Position numbers and translations under genes: made by a program. Under the pieces are notes generated by a model that was given only the letters and a program-made list of their open reading frames with translations, did not search any database and had not been told where the DNA came from. A stretch of 64,000 nt of DNA from Acidimicrobiales bacterium. GTDB taxonomy: Bacteria > Actinomycetota > Acidimicrobiia > Acidimicrobiales > MedAcidi-G1. Location of the stretch: assembly GCA_014237715.1 (NCBI GenBank), contig JAAZZG010000005.1:30391-94390 (forward strand), in the 5' to 3' direction. Within the stretch, counting starts at the first letter, position 1. Every line of letters starts with the position of its first letter. Below are positions 16,610 to 25,696 of this stretch, one piece after another.

Positions 16610-18070
16610 ATGACCAGCCCATCCCTTCCCAAGTCCGATGCCGAGCTGGCACGGATCGACGCCGTCGGCTTGGCCGACCTGATCCGCAGCGGACAACTCT
16701 CAGCGGTCGAGGCGGTGGAGGCCACCATCGACCGGATCGAACGCCTCGACGGCGATCTGAACGCGGTCATTCACGAGCAGTTCGACCAGGCCCTCGAGTT
16801 GGCCGCCTCACCCGACCTGCCCGACGGGCCGTTCCGGGGCGTACCCATGCTCATCAAGGACCTGTGGGCCACCGAGGCCGGGCAACCCCACCACGCCGGA
16901 ATCCAGGCCCTCAAGGAAGCGGAGTTCACCGGAGAAGTCGACTCGAATCTGGTCGCCCGCTACAAGCAGGCCGGCTTCGTCATCGTGGGCCGGACCAACA
17001 CCCCCGAGCTGGGCCTCGTGGCCACCACCGAACCACATGCCTACGGGCCAAGCCGGAATCCGTGGAGCACCGACCACAGCACCGGAGGCTCGTCCGGGGG
17101 TGCAGCCGCCGCAGTGGCCGCCGGCATGCTCCCGGCCGCCCATGCCAGCGACGGGGGCGGGTCCATCCGGATCCCGGCCGCCATGTGCGGCCTGGTCGGC
17201 CTCAAGCCATCGCGGGGTCGGATCTCCAATGGTCCGAGGGAGGAGTGGTCGTTCTCGTGCCAGCACGTGGTGAGCCATACCGTCCGTGACACGGCGGCCA
17301 TCCTCGACGCCACGGCCATCCCGTTCGCCGGTGATGGCGTGGTGGCTCCCGATCACGGGCGGCCTTACGCCGGATGTGTGGACGCCGACCCGGGTCGCCT
17401 CCGGATCGGCCTCATGCCCGACAATCATCGCAACGAGACCCACCCTGACTGCGAGGCGGCCACCCGCCGCACCGCCGACCTGCTCTCCGACCTGGGCCAC
17501 GAAGTGGTCGAGTCCCGGCCGGAGGCCTTCCTGCACCTCGGCGAACTCAAGGATCTGGCCTGGGCCTTCACCGTCAACTGGTCGGTGGGCGCCGTGGTCA
17601 GCCTGTCAACCCTCGGGGAACAGTTGGGTCGGACCGTCACCGCCGCCGACGTCGAACCCGGGACCTGGGCCATGGCCCAGCAAGGCGAGGGCTACAGCGG
17701 CCCCGACTTCTCCCGGGCCCAGTCCATTCTCGGCGGCTGGCGCCGCTCCATGGCCCAGTGGTGGAACGACTTCGACGTGTTGTTGACGCCGACCACTGCC
17801 CAACCACCGGCCCGTATCGGTGAGCTCACGCCCACCGACGACGACCCCGTGCGAGGCTCGAAAAGATCGCTGCCCTATGCGGTGTACACGTCGCCGTTCA
17901 ACTGCACCGGCCAGCCAGCCATCTCGCTGCCGCTCGGGTCATCGGACGGCCTACCCATCGGCGTCCAACTGGTCGGCGCCTACGGCCGTGAGGACCAGTT
18001 GCTCTCCGTGGGTGGCCAGTTGGAGCGGGCCATCAACTGGTCGGCCCACCGGGCCCCCATCCACGCCTGA
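16610..18070 (+). CDS. Amidase-signature (AS) family amidase
   Basis: ORF 16001..18070 trimmed to MTSPSLPKSDAELARIDAVGLADLI (ATG 16610). PMLIKDL Lys block and STGGSSGGAAAAVAAG signature. Confidence 0.85.
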   Translation: MTSPSLPKSDAELARIDAVGLADLIRSGQLSAVEAVEATIDRIERLDGDLNAVIHEQFDQALELAASPDLPDGPFRGVPMLIKDLWATEAGQPHHAGIQALKEAEFTGEVDSNLVARYKQAGFVIVGRTNTPELGLVATTEPHAYGPSRNPWSTDHSTGGSSGGAAAAVAAGMLPAAHASDGGGSIRIPAAMCGLVGLKPSRGRISNGPREEWSFSCQHVVSHTVRDTAAILDATAIPFAGDGVVAPDHGRPYAGCVDADPGRLRIGLMPDNHRNETHPDCEAATRRTADLLSDLGHEVVESRPEAFLHLGELKDLAWAFTVNWSVGAVVSLSTLGEQLGRTVTAADVEPGTWAMAQQGEGYSGPDFSRAQSILGGWRRSMAQWWNDFDVLLTPTTAQPPARIGELTPTDDDPVRGSKRSLPYAVYTSPFNCTGQPAISLPLGSSDGLPIGVQLVGAYGREDQLLSVGGQLERAINWSAHRAPIHA

Positions 18071-18095
18071 TCCGGGCTCCAACAATTCGGGATAT

Positions 18096-18623
18096 TCAGG
18101 CGTCGAGGACGGCGGTGCCAGCGCCCTGAAGGTCGACCACCGGAGGCTCGGTCGACCACGGAAAGTTGATCCACTGATCAGTGTGGCGCCAGACGTACTC
18201 GCAGTCGACCACCGACTGGGGCTTCTGGTACAGCACTGCAGAACGCACCTCGGCCACCGCTTCGGTTGCCGTCTCGTGCACCAGGGCCAACGTGTGGCCG
18301 GTGTCGGCCACATCATCGACGATCAGGATCTTCTTGTCGCCCAGGTCCACCCAGTCGACGTAGGGCGGCAGGATCACCGGAATGTCGAGGCGCTCGTCGA
18401 CGCCGGTGTAGTACTCGACGTTCATTACGTAGAGGTTCTTGACAGCCAGTGCGTAGCCCAGCGAGCCGGCCACGAAGAGGCCACCCCGGGCAATGGACAG
18501 GATCATGTCGGGCCGGTAGCCATCATCAGCCACCATCTGTGCCAGTTCGCGGACCGCCGTGCCGTAGATCGGCCAGTCCATTTCCTCGCGTACCGGTTCC
18601 TTCAGTTGGGGCTCCACTGCCAC
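18096..18623 (-). CDS. Phosphoribosyltransferase (purine PRT-like)
   Basis: 175 aa. PRPP-binding motif KKILIVDDVADTGHTL. Convergent with the amidase gene. Confidence 0.8.
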   Translation of the reverse strand: MAVEPQLKEPVREEMDWPIYGTAVRELAQMVADDGYRPDMILSIARGGLFVAGSLGYALAVKNLYVMNVEYYTGVDERLDIPVILPPYVDWVDLGDKKILIVDDVADTGHTLALVHETATEAVAEVRSAVLYQKPQSVVDCEYVWRHTDQWINFPWSTEPPVVDLQGAGTAVLDA

Positions 18624-18735
18624 GTCCGCTCCGTCCTCCGTGCTCGTGGCCGGGAAACCTACCCGTTGAGCGACCGATCGGCCGGAGCCGGGTCCGGGCG
18701 TCCGGACATCAATCCCGGTCGTCAGTCACGAACTG

Positions 18736-20406
18736 TCAGTCATAGGTGGCGGCGACCGTCCACCGGCCGTCGGTCAGCACCACCAGGAGGGCCGTGCCGT
18801 CGGCCGTCACCACCTGAAGCCGGACCCGGCGGCGTCGCCGCAGGGGATCCCACCAACGTTCGTCGACCGGCCACGGCCCGGCCCACGCCACGACCCGCTC
18901 CCCCGGAGCCACAACCTGACGAGACCCGGCGGGTGGCTGCGGGACGATCAGACGGTCGGGCGGCGCCGAGAGCCTGCTCCGTCCATCCACACCCACCGGT
19001 GCCCCTGCGGCATCCACTACGTCGACGACCACCGGCTCGAGATGGACCGCCGCCGGGGACGGTCCCGGCAGGGCACCTGGCCAGGGCTCCACTTCCGGCT
19101 TCCCTCCCCTTCCCGGGCAGGCACCCGATCCGCCTTCCCGAAGCGGTTCGACGAACGGCACGAGGACCACCCTGTCGCCGGGATCCCGGCCGCCCCGCCA
19201 CTCCGGAATCCTCACCGACCCTGGACCCATCAACCCCACCACCCGGGCGCACGCCCGCCCGGCCCGCTCGTCGGCCGCCGAGACCCCACCCCAGAACCCC
19301 AGCTGGCGACCCGATGCCGGGACAACCTCATCGGGGGCCAACACCAACCGCGTGATGCCCGACGTGGGGCGAACCGCCGGAGGACCATGCAACCATCCCT
19401 CCAACTGCCACCGGACCCGGTCGGCCACCGCGACCGGACCCAGCACCCCCTCGTCACGCCAACGGCGGGACACCCTTTGGCCGTGCTCGGTCTCGGCCTC
19501 GACCACCACCCGGGTACACGCCATCCCCCGAGCCGACAGCCGTTCGTGGAGAGCCTCAGCGGCAGATCGGGCAGCAAAGGCGGCCCGGTCGATTCGGTCC
19601 ACCGGTGGGTCGAAAGCCATCGACACCGCCAGGTCCGGTGGCGCCGGACGATGACCCACCGGGCGGTCGTCGATCCCTGAAGCCAGACGGTGGGCGTCAA
19701 GGCCGTCGGTACCGAATCGGGCCAGCACATCGGCTACCGGGAGGGCGGCGAACGCCCCCAGGGTGGTCAGGCCTAGACGGATCAGGACGTCGACGAGGTC
19801 CGTGGACCCGCCCGCCGACCCGACTGGTAGCAGCACCCCCACTGGGAGGGGAACCAGGAAGGCCGGACTCCCACCCCGGGGAACGATCACCGAGTGCTCC
19901 GGAGCCGCGCCACCGCTATGGGCCGCCAAGCCAGCGGCAAATGCGCCATCGGCCACCCCGATCCGACACCCCGGGCCCGCAGCCGTACCTGCCGGCACCC
20001 CTGCTCCGATCCGAGCAACGGCGGCGTCCACCACCTCGGCGGTGTGGCGCACCAAGGCCGACTCCCCACCGAATAGTCGGACCGGACCCCGGACCCCGAA
20101 CGAACATCGACCGGGTCGCCGGACCTCCACCCACGGGGTGACCGTCCCGAGGGCCGAGACCACAGCCTCGAACCCCCGGGCCTCCTGGCCTTCGTCACGG
20201 GCCAGCACCCGGACCTCCGGACAGAGGAACTGGGCCTCACGTCGACGCTGTCCCAGAGCCACCCCGACGGCCCGGGCCGGCCCGGTGGCCGCCACGACCC
20301 GCCCCGCCCCGAGCACCAGCGCCGATTCGTCGGAGGCCACCCCCAACGCGACCAAGGGCCAGTCGGAGCAACCCACCACGAGGGTCCGAACGGCAGTCGG
20401 GGTCAC
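18736..20406 (-). CDS. imuB: ImuB, Y-family DNA-polymerase-like mutasome subunit
   Basis: ORF 18736..20901 trimmed to GTG 20406 (VTPTAVRTLVVGCSDWPLVALG...), 25 nt after the imuA' stop. The N-terminus and RRREAQFLCPEV...VEVRRPGRCSFGVRGPVRLFGGE closely parallel mycobacterial ImuB as I recall it. Confidence 0.8.
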   Translation of the reverse strand: MTPTAVRTLVVGCSDWPLVALGVASDESALVLGAGRVVAATGPARAVGVALGQRRREAQFLCPEVRVLARDEGQEARGFEAVVSALGTVTPWVEVRRPGRCSFGVRGPVRLFGGESALVRHTAEVVDAAVARIGAGVPAGTAAGPGCRIGVADGAFAAGLAAHSGGAAPEHSVIVPRGGSPAFLVPLPVGVLLPVGSAGGSTDLVDVLIRLGLTTLGAFAALPVADVLARFGTDGLDAHRLASGIDDRPVGHRPAPPDLAVSMAFDPPVDRIDRAAFAARSAAEALHERLSARGMACTRVVVEAETEHGQRVSRRWRDEGVLGPVAVADRVRWQLEGWLHGPPAVRPTSGITRLVLAPDEVVPASGRQLGFWGGVSAADERAGRACARVVGLMGPGSVRIPEWRGGRDPGDRVVLVPFVEPLREGGSGACPGRGGKPEVEPWPGALPGPSPAAVHLEPVVVDVVDAAGAPVGVDGRSRLSAPPDRLIVPQPPAGSRQVVAPGERVVAWAGPWPVDERWWDPLRRRRRVRLQVVTADGTALLVVLTDGRWTVAATYD

Positions 20407-20431
20407 AGCCGATCCGCCCACCAGCGGAGGG

Positions 20432-21226
20432 TCACGGGTGAGCGGGAACGCCGCTCGGGCCCGGGAGGAGGAGCGTGTCCCGGCGCCCCTCCGTCGGGAG
20501 ACCCCGACCGGTGACCGATACCTCCACCCGGCGGGACCGGAGACGGCCCTGTCCCCCGTGGGGCCCGTCCCACACAGCCCCGTCGACCGAGAACCGGAGG
20601 TCCAGGCGGCCCGGCCAGTCGCCAACCAAACGGCCCACCCCGGGTGACCCCGGCGACTCCGGTGACAGATGGACCAACACCGACCCCCGCTCCCGACAAC
20701 GGGCCGCCAGGCGTCGGACATCACCCATCGACGGCCGGTGCCCGGGCGAGACCAACACCAGGTCGACCGCCCCCACGAAGGTGGCCACCACCGGGGCCCA
20801 CTGCTCCCGGCCCGGGGCGTCCACCACCACGAGACGCTCCAGTGCCACCCCGACCTCGGCCGCCGCGGCAAGGCCCAGATCACCGTCACCGACCACCACA
20901 ACCCACGACCCGGTCCCGGTGGCCCGAGCCATCAGGGCGAGGGCCACCGACCGGGCCCCGGTGCCCGATACCCCCACGGTGATGCCCCGCCGGAGGCCGT
21001 CGGGCAGTAGGCCGTCAAGAGCCTCGAGTACCGGGAGGGTCCGGTCCACGGCCAGCGTGGTCGGCCGGACCCGACGTGCCGCCTCGGCCAGAGACGGCAC
21101 GACCCACAACACTGGCCCCGACCCAGCCTCCCCCGGGGAACTATCTCCCGGAAAAGCCTCTTCCGGTAACAGGTCATCGAAGGGCTCGGCTTCGGCTAGG
21201 AGGCTCCGGGGAAGGGGACGGGACAC
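20432..21226 (-). CDS. imuA: ImuA' (RecA/SulA-fold mutasome accessory protein)
   Basis: ORF 20432..21244. GITVGVSGTGARSVALALMA (degenerate P-loop) and VVVGDGDLGLAAAAEVGVALERLVVVD. The longest start (GTG 21244) lies inside the SOS box, so I place the start at GTG 21226. That start may be leaderless: GATACT sits 6 nt upstream. Other internal GTGs are possible. Confidence 0.7.
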   Translation of the reverse strand: MSRPLPRSLLAEAEPFDDLLPEEAFPGDSSPGEAGSGPVLWVVPSLAEAARRVRPTTLAVDRTLPVLEALDGLLPDGLRRGITVGVSGTGARSVALALMARATGTGSWVVVVGDGDLGLAAAAEVGVALERLVVVDAPGREQWAPVVATFVGAVDLVLVSPGHRPSMGDVRRLAARCRERGSVLVHLSPESPGSPGVGRLVGDWPGRLDLRFSVDGAVWDGPHGGQGRLRSRRVEVSVTGRGLPTEGRRDTLLLPGPSGVPAHP

Positions 21227-21236
21227 ATCCCCAGTA

Positions 21237-21252
21237 TCGAACACTTGTTCGA
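21237..21252. promoter_or_regulatory. LexA SOS box (TCGAAC-N4-GTTCGA)
   Basis: Perfect palindrome TCGAACACTTGTTCGA immediately 5' of imuA'-imuB. It matches the actinobacterial/Gram-positive LexA operator consensus. Confidence 0.8.
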
Positions 21253-21278
21253 TTAGAGCAAGAGGTTCTCTTCTCTGG

Positions 21279-22598
21279 TCAACCCGTCATCAGGACCAGA
21301 CCGAGCACCGTGTACACGACCATGACCATCAGCAGCGGGTACTGGCTACGCAAGGCGATCGACGGCCGCCACGACTCGATCGAACGGTCGTGGGCCAGGA
21401 GCACCCCACCAAGGTGGCCGACCACGATCGCCCCAAGTTGCACCCACCCCACGGTGGCCGGCGAGACCCGAGTCCAGTCCACCGCGTCGCCGGCCGTCCC
21501 GAACAGATCCCATCCCCTCCCGTAGGGATCTGACGCCCGGATCCCCAACTGCTGCCCCTCGAGAACCAACAGAGAGAAGTAGTGGGCCACGTGATAGCCG
21601 ATCACGATGGGCAACAGCGAGTGACCGAAACGCGTCGAGGACCCCGACCCACCGGTCAGATGATCTCCCAGCCGGGCCGCCGCCTGCCAGGCAACAGCGA
21701 CAACAACAACCACCCAGACGAGCCCCACCGTGCCTACCGCGGTGGCGCCCCACCCGGTGTGGCCCGCCGAGACATCACCCCAGAACCGAGTCCGCGACAC
21801 GCCGTCGAAAGCTGTCCCCCCGAGCACCACCAGGAGGAGTGCAACCTCCGATGGCCGGAGATCGTCTACCGCGGCACCCACCAGCGGGAGCCGGATGACC
21901 GGACGGCCGGTCTCCGGCTCCCGTCCAATCGGCGACAGTCGAGCCAACAGTCCGAACAGCACACCAAATCCCTCGGACCGCCGGGCCACACCGGTTCCCC
22001 ACCGGAGGGCCATCCCCACCAACGCCACCGTGTAACCAAGCCCCGCCCAACCCAGCACCCGGGGACGGGCCCCATCGTGGTACACGAGCTCGAGCCACAG
22101 AAACGCTGCCACCGGGGCCACGGCCAGCCAGCCGTCGTACCGTCCGACGAGTAGGACCCCTGTTCGTCCCTCCCGGCCGACTCGGAGCCGGTCGACAAAC
22201 CGGAACGCCGCCTCCCACGGACTGACCGAGGACCACCACGGCCCGATTAGCACCACAATCAGCGGCACGGCCACCCAGAAGGCCACGTACACCGCGACCG
22301 GAGCCAGATTGGCGGCCACATCGTCGACGCCGATCAGGCCGGCGGTGACCACGACCACCGCTCCGAATCCCACGATCCAACGCGCAGCGACCCCAACCGG
22401 GGCGCCGATCGACGCCAGCCCCGACCCCACGACTCGCCCGACGGCCAACTCCCGAAGCCGTGGCCGATGCCACGCCAGTCCGAGGACGGCAAAGGACACC
22501 AGCAGAGCCGCCGCGGCCGACCATCCGGCCTGCCAGGCCGAGAGCGGCAGGTCAGTCCGACCGCCGACACCATGGGCCAGCATCAGCGCGTGGGTCAC
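21279..22598 (-). CDS. Polytopic membrane protein of unknown function (conserved His residues)
   Basis: 439 aa with about 10-12 hydrophobic segments. N-terminal LAHGVGGRTDLPL, later GYHVAHYFS and VVGHLGGVLLAHD. 4-nt overlap with the upstream lipoprotein gene. Confidence 0.6.
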   Translation of the reverse strand: MTHALMLAHGVGGRTDLPLSAWQAGWSAAAALLVSFAVLGLAWHRPRLRELAVGRVVGSGLASIGAPVGVAARWIVGFGAVVVVTAGLIGVDDVAANLAPVAVYVAFWVAVPLIVVLIGPWWSSVSPWEAAFRFVDRLRVGREGRTGVLLVGRYDGWLAVAPVAAFLWLELVYHDGARPRVLGWAGLGYTVALVGMALRWGTGVARRSEGFGVLFGLLARLSPIGREPETGRPVIRLPLVGAAVDDLRPSEVALLLVVLGGTAFDGVSRTRFWGDVSAGHTGWGATAVGTVGLVWVVVVVAVAWQAAARLGDHLTGGSGSSTRFGHSLLPIVIGYHVAHYFSLLVLEGQQLGIRASDPYGRGWDLFGTAGDAVDWTRVSPATVGWVQLGAIVVGHLGGVLLAHDRSIESWRPSIALRSQYPLLMVMVVYTVLGLVLMTG

Positions 22599-22999
22599 GA
22601 GACCTCGAGCTCGAACACCCGCAGACCCGAACCGTGCAGTTCTGCCTCGAACACGCCCGGGACAGCAGCCCGGACCACCACTTCCGCCTCCACCCCCGGT
22701 CCGACATCAGCGACCGCGTCGTAGACGTGCAGGTGGACCTGATCGACCCGGTCGACCGTCAGGAGCACCGAGACCACCCGCCCCGTCGACACCTCGAACC
22801 TCGGAACACCTCCGACCACCAGGCCGTCCCGCACCTCGACTTCGAACCGGTCATCGACGGTCACCTCAGCCGGATCGACCACGTACGACCCAGCGTCGCG
22901 ATCATGGCCGTGATTCGTCGACCCGGCACAGGAGGCAAGCGCGAAGGTCCACGAAACCGTCAGGACGAGGACGACAACCCGGTGAAGATTCACCGCCAC
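22595..22999 (-). CDS. Small lipoprotein, cupredoxin-like beta-sandwich (no Cys/Met copper site seen)
   Basis: 134 aa. Signal peptide with lipobox FALASCAG, then a His-rich STNHGHDRD segment and beta-rich VHLHVYD...PGVFEAELHGSG. Confidence 0.55.
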   Translation of the reverse strand: MAVNLHRVVVLVLTVSWTFALASCAGSTNHGHDRDAGSYVVDPAEVTVDDRFEVEVRDGLVVGGVPRFEVSTGRVVSVLLTVDRVDQVHLHVYDAVADVGPGVEAEVVVRAAVPGVFEAELHGSGLRVFELEVS

Positions 23000-23002
23000 A
23001 GG

Positions 23003-23656
23003 CTAAGACCCATTTCCCGGCGGCAATCCGGCGTGATCACGGATCCAGGCGTGCATGGCGATGCCCGATGCCACCCCGGCGTTGATCGATCTCGTCGAGC
23101 CGTACTGGGCGATCGAGCAGACCACCGACGCCGCGTCCCGAACCGCGTCGGACAGCCCCGGACCCTCCTGGCCGAACACCAGCACGCACCGTTCCGGCAG
23201 GCCAGTCGACTCCAACGGCACCGATCCCGGCAGATTGTCGATGCCGACGAGGGGCAGGTCCTCGGTGGCCGCCCACGCCACCAGGTCCTCGACCGTCGGG
23301 TGGTGGTGAACGTGCTGGTAACGGTCGGTCACCATCGCCCCCCGCCGGTTCCAGCGGCGACGCCCGACGATGTGCACACCGGAAGCCAGGAAGGCGTTGG
23401 CGGTGCGGACCACCGTCCCGATGTTGAGGTCGTGTTCCCAGTTCTCGATGGCCACGTGGAACGGATGCCGATGGCCGTCGAGGTCGTCGACGATGGCCTC
23501 CATTGTCCAGTAGCGGTAGCGGTCGGCCACGTTGCGTCGGTCGCCTCTCGCCAGGAGCTCGGGATCCAAGCGGAGATCTTCGGGCCACGGCTCGGAATGG
23601 GGCCCTACGCCCACCGGCACCGATTGCGCCTCTGGCTCCGGGGCTGGCTCAGACAT
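23003..23656 (-). CDS. TrmH/SpoU-family RNA 2'-O-methyltransferase
   Basis: ORF 23003..24160 trimmed to MSEPAPEPE (ATG 23656, 1-nt overlap with the upstream stop). VFGQEGPGLS and STRSINAGVASGIAMH SPOUT motifs. Confidence 0.8.
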   Translation of the reverse strand: MSEPAPEPEAQSVPVGVGPHSEPWPEDLRLDPELLARGDRRNVADRYRYWTMEAIVDDLDGHRHPFHVAIENWEHDLNIGTVVRTANAFLASGVHIVGRRRWNRRGAMVTDRYQHVHHHPTVEDLVAWAATEDLPLVGIDNLPGSVPLESTGLPERCVLVFGQEGPGLSDAVRDAASVVCSIAQYGSTRSINAGVASGIAMHAWIRDHAGLPPGNGS

Positions 23657-24906
23657 CAGTCCACGAGGGCCTGGTTCACCAGCGTGCGAAGGTCCCAACG
23701 CAACGACACGTGGGTCGACGACGGAAGCAACTGGGTCAGGAACACGCAGTGGATCCCCTCGGTCGGATCCACCCAGAAGGCCGTGCTGGCCATGCCACCC
23801 CACGAACCCTCGCCCCGGGTGGCCGAGAACCGACCACGGGCCGGATCCTCCACGGTGGCGAGTCCGAGACCGAACCCGCAGCCGGCAAAGAATCCCGGCG
23901 TATAGAGCGGGTCGCCGACCTCGTCGAGGTGTGCGCCACCCGGCAGGTGGTTCACGAACATCTGCCGGACCGTCCGACTGCCCAGGATCCGCCGACCATC
24001 CAGTGCGCCGCCACCGACGAGGCCTGCGCAGAAGCGGTGGTAGTCGGCCATGGTCGACACCAGACCTCCCCCACCGCTGGGCCACGACACCTTGGCGAAA
24101 CCCGTGGTCGGGCCCGGATCGAGAAGAGCCGGCTCGGAACCCGGGGCGAACGCATAGCACGACGTCATTCGGCCCAGCCGATCATCTGGCACCCGGAAGA
24201 TGGTGTCGACCATGCCCAGCGGTTCGAGTACCCGGGCCTGCAACGCCTCGTCGAACGGTCGCCCATCGACGGCTTCTACGACCATACCCAGAACGTCGGT
24301 GGCCATCGAATACGACCACCGGATCCCCGGCTGGTACCGCAGGGGCAGCGTGGCCAGCAGGTCTATCCGGTCGGCGAGGGATCCGCCCCGCTCCAGGGCG
24401 TCGATCCCGGCCCGGCGGTACAACTCGTCCACCGGGTGCTGATTGAGGATCGAGTAGCTCAGGCCGGAGGTATGGGTGAGCAGGTCGGCGATCGTGATGG
24501 ACCGTTCGGCGGGCACCGTCTCGGGAGCTTCCACCGTCCCCCCGGCGAACACCGTCATCTCGGTGAAGGCGGGGAGGAACAGCGACAGCGGGTCCCGCAG
24601 GCGGACTCGACCCTCCTCGATCAACTGCATGATGGCCACCGAGGTAACCGGCTTGGTCATCGAGAAGATGCGCCACAGGCTGTCGTCGGCGACCGGTACG
24701 GCGTGCTCGCGGTCAGCCAGACCGGCCGTGGATCGCAGCACCACTTGCCCGTGGCGGGCAACCAGCACGTCGGTGCCGACCATGCGACCGTCATCGACGA
24801 AGGCGCCAGCGAAGTCAGCCACCCGCTGTAGCCGGTCAGGATCGAACCCCAGACCGGCGGGATCGTGCATTTCGAGGCTCGAGACGTGCCCCATGTCAGA
24901 TCTCAA
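23656..24906 (-). CDS. Serine hydrolase, beta-lactamase/DD-peptidase (class C-related) family
   Basis: 416 aa. The SxxK nucleophile motif SMTKPVTS lies near the N-terminus. No signal peptide is evident. Confidence 0.8.
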   Translation of the reverse strand: MRSDMGHVSSLEMHDPAGLGFDPDRLQRVADFAGAFVDDGRMVGTDVLVARHGQVVLRSTAGLADREHAVPVADDSLWRIFSMTKPVTSVAIMQLIEEGRVRLRDPLSLFLPAFTEMTVFAGGTVEAPETVPAERSITIADLLTHTSGLSYSILNQHPVDELYRRAGIDALERGGSLADRIDLLATLPLRYQPGIRWSYSMATDVLGMVVEAVDGRPFDEALQARVLEPLGMVDTIFRVPDDRLGRMTSCYAFAPGSEPALLDPGPTTGFAKVSWPSGGGGLVSTMADYHRFCAGLVGGGALDGRRILGSRTVRQMFVNHLPGGAHLDEVGDPLYTPGFFAGCGFGLGLATVEDPARGRFSATRGEGSWGGMASTAFWVDPTEGIHCVFLTQLLPSSTHVSLRWDLRTLVNQALVD

Positions 24907-24915
24907 CGGGCTGGA

Positions 24916-25245
24916 TCAGCCCACGGCGGCGGTCAACTCGTCGTCACTCGGCACCTCGACACCCTCCACCCAGTACAGGTAGAGGCCGGCGATGATGTCC
25001 TCGACACCGTCGGCGCCTGCGTCGGCGAACTCGACCGTCACGACGTTGCCGTTCACGTGCACGCCAGCGATGCCGCCGCGGGCGAACAGCCGGCGGGCCA
25101 ACTCATCGGTGGGAGTGCCTCCGGAAATCTCGTCGCCGGCACGGAAGCGCTCGTGACCCATACCGGTGAGGGCACGGTTGGTCTCGTACCGAACGACCCC
25201 GACTCGGGACGATGGCTTGACAACGACAGTGATCGGCTGACCCAT
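24916..25245 (-). CDS. NifU N-terminal (Nfu_N)-like domain protein
   Basis: 109 aa. DELARRLFARGGIAGVHVNGNVVTVEF resembles the Nfu_N pattern (pLA..LF...GV..V....nfiTV). Confidence 0.5.
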   Translation of the reverse strand: MGQPITVVVKPSSRVGVVRYETNRALTGMGHERFRAGDEISGGTPTDELARRLFARGGIAGVHVNGNVVTVEFADAGADGVEDIIAGLYLYWVEGVEVPSDDELTAAVG

Positions 25246-25256
25246 GGATGGGCAGG

Positions 25257-25682
25257 CTAGCGGTCGACGCCCATCACAGGGTCGGCGGACGGCTCCCCAA
25301 CCAGGTCCCGGTCCGCCCGGTAGAGGACGCCAGCCAGAGCGATGGAAACCAGGGCCAGCACGGTGTGAACCACCTTGAAGCCGACCTCATGGTCACCGAA
25401 CACCATGCCGCCACCGCGCACCGTCCAAAAGACGATGGTCCACAGGCAGAACATCGCCACCAGACGGGTCGACCCGAGCGGGCGGCGGTGCCAGAGCCCT
25501 AGGGGCACGGTGGCCACCAGAGCTCCCAGCACGAGGAAGATCAGGGCCACCACGATCTGCCAGGTTCGAGCCCCGGCGGTCAACTCGTCGTCGCCGACCA
25601 CGTTGCGGATACGGCCCACCCAGACGATGGCCGTCCACGCCAAGGCCAACCAGAGGAGTCGCACGGTTCCACGCATGGCCAA
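25257..25682 (-). CDS. Small integral membrane protein (about 4 TM), unknown function
   Basis: 141 aa with four hydrophobic stretches (LLWLALAWTAIVWV, IVVALIFLVLGALVATV, LVAMFCLWTIVFWTV, VVHTVLALVSIALAGV). Confidence 0.5.
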   Translation of the reverse strand: MAMRGTVRLLWLALAWTAIVWVGRIRNVVGDDELTAGARTWQIVVALIFLVLGALVATVPLGLWHRRPLGSTRLVAMFCLWTIVFWTVRGGGMVFGDHEVGFKVVHTVLALVSIALAGVLYRADRDLVGEPSADPVMGVDR

Positions 25683-25696
25683 AACGGTACCGGCGG

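Noticed and set aside
18721-18742. Direct repeat GTCAGTCA-N6-GTCAGTCA at the imuB stop, and the GTCCGG-GCGT-CCGGAC hairpin near 18693-18708
   Set aside because: The repeat is short and overlaps the stop codon. The hairpin has only a 6-bp stem without a U-tract. That is insufficient to call a terminator or a repeat element.
20407-20901. Upstream extension of the imuB ORF to 20901, and similar extensions of ORFs 23003..24160, 26443..28245, 46187..47977 and 29676..30824
   Set aside because: Each extension overlaps the 3' part of the upstream, motif-supported gene in a different frame and has an Arg/Trp/Pro-rich composition. Internal starts give normal family N-termini and the short overlaps typical of operons.
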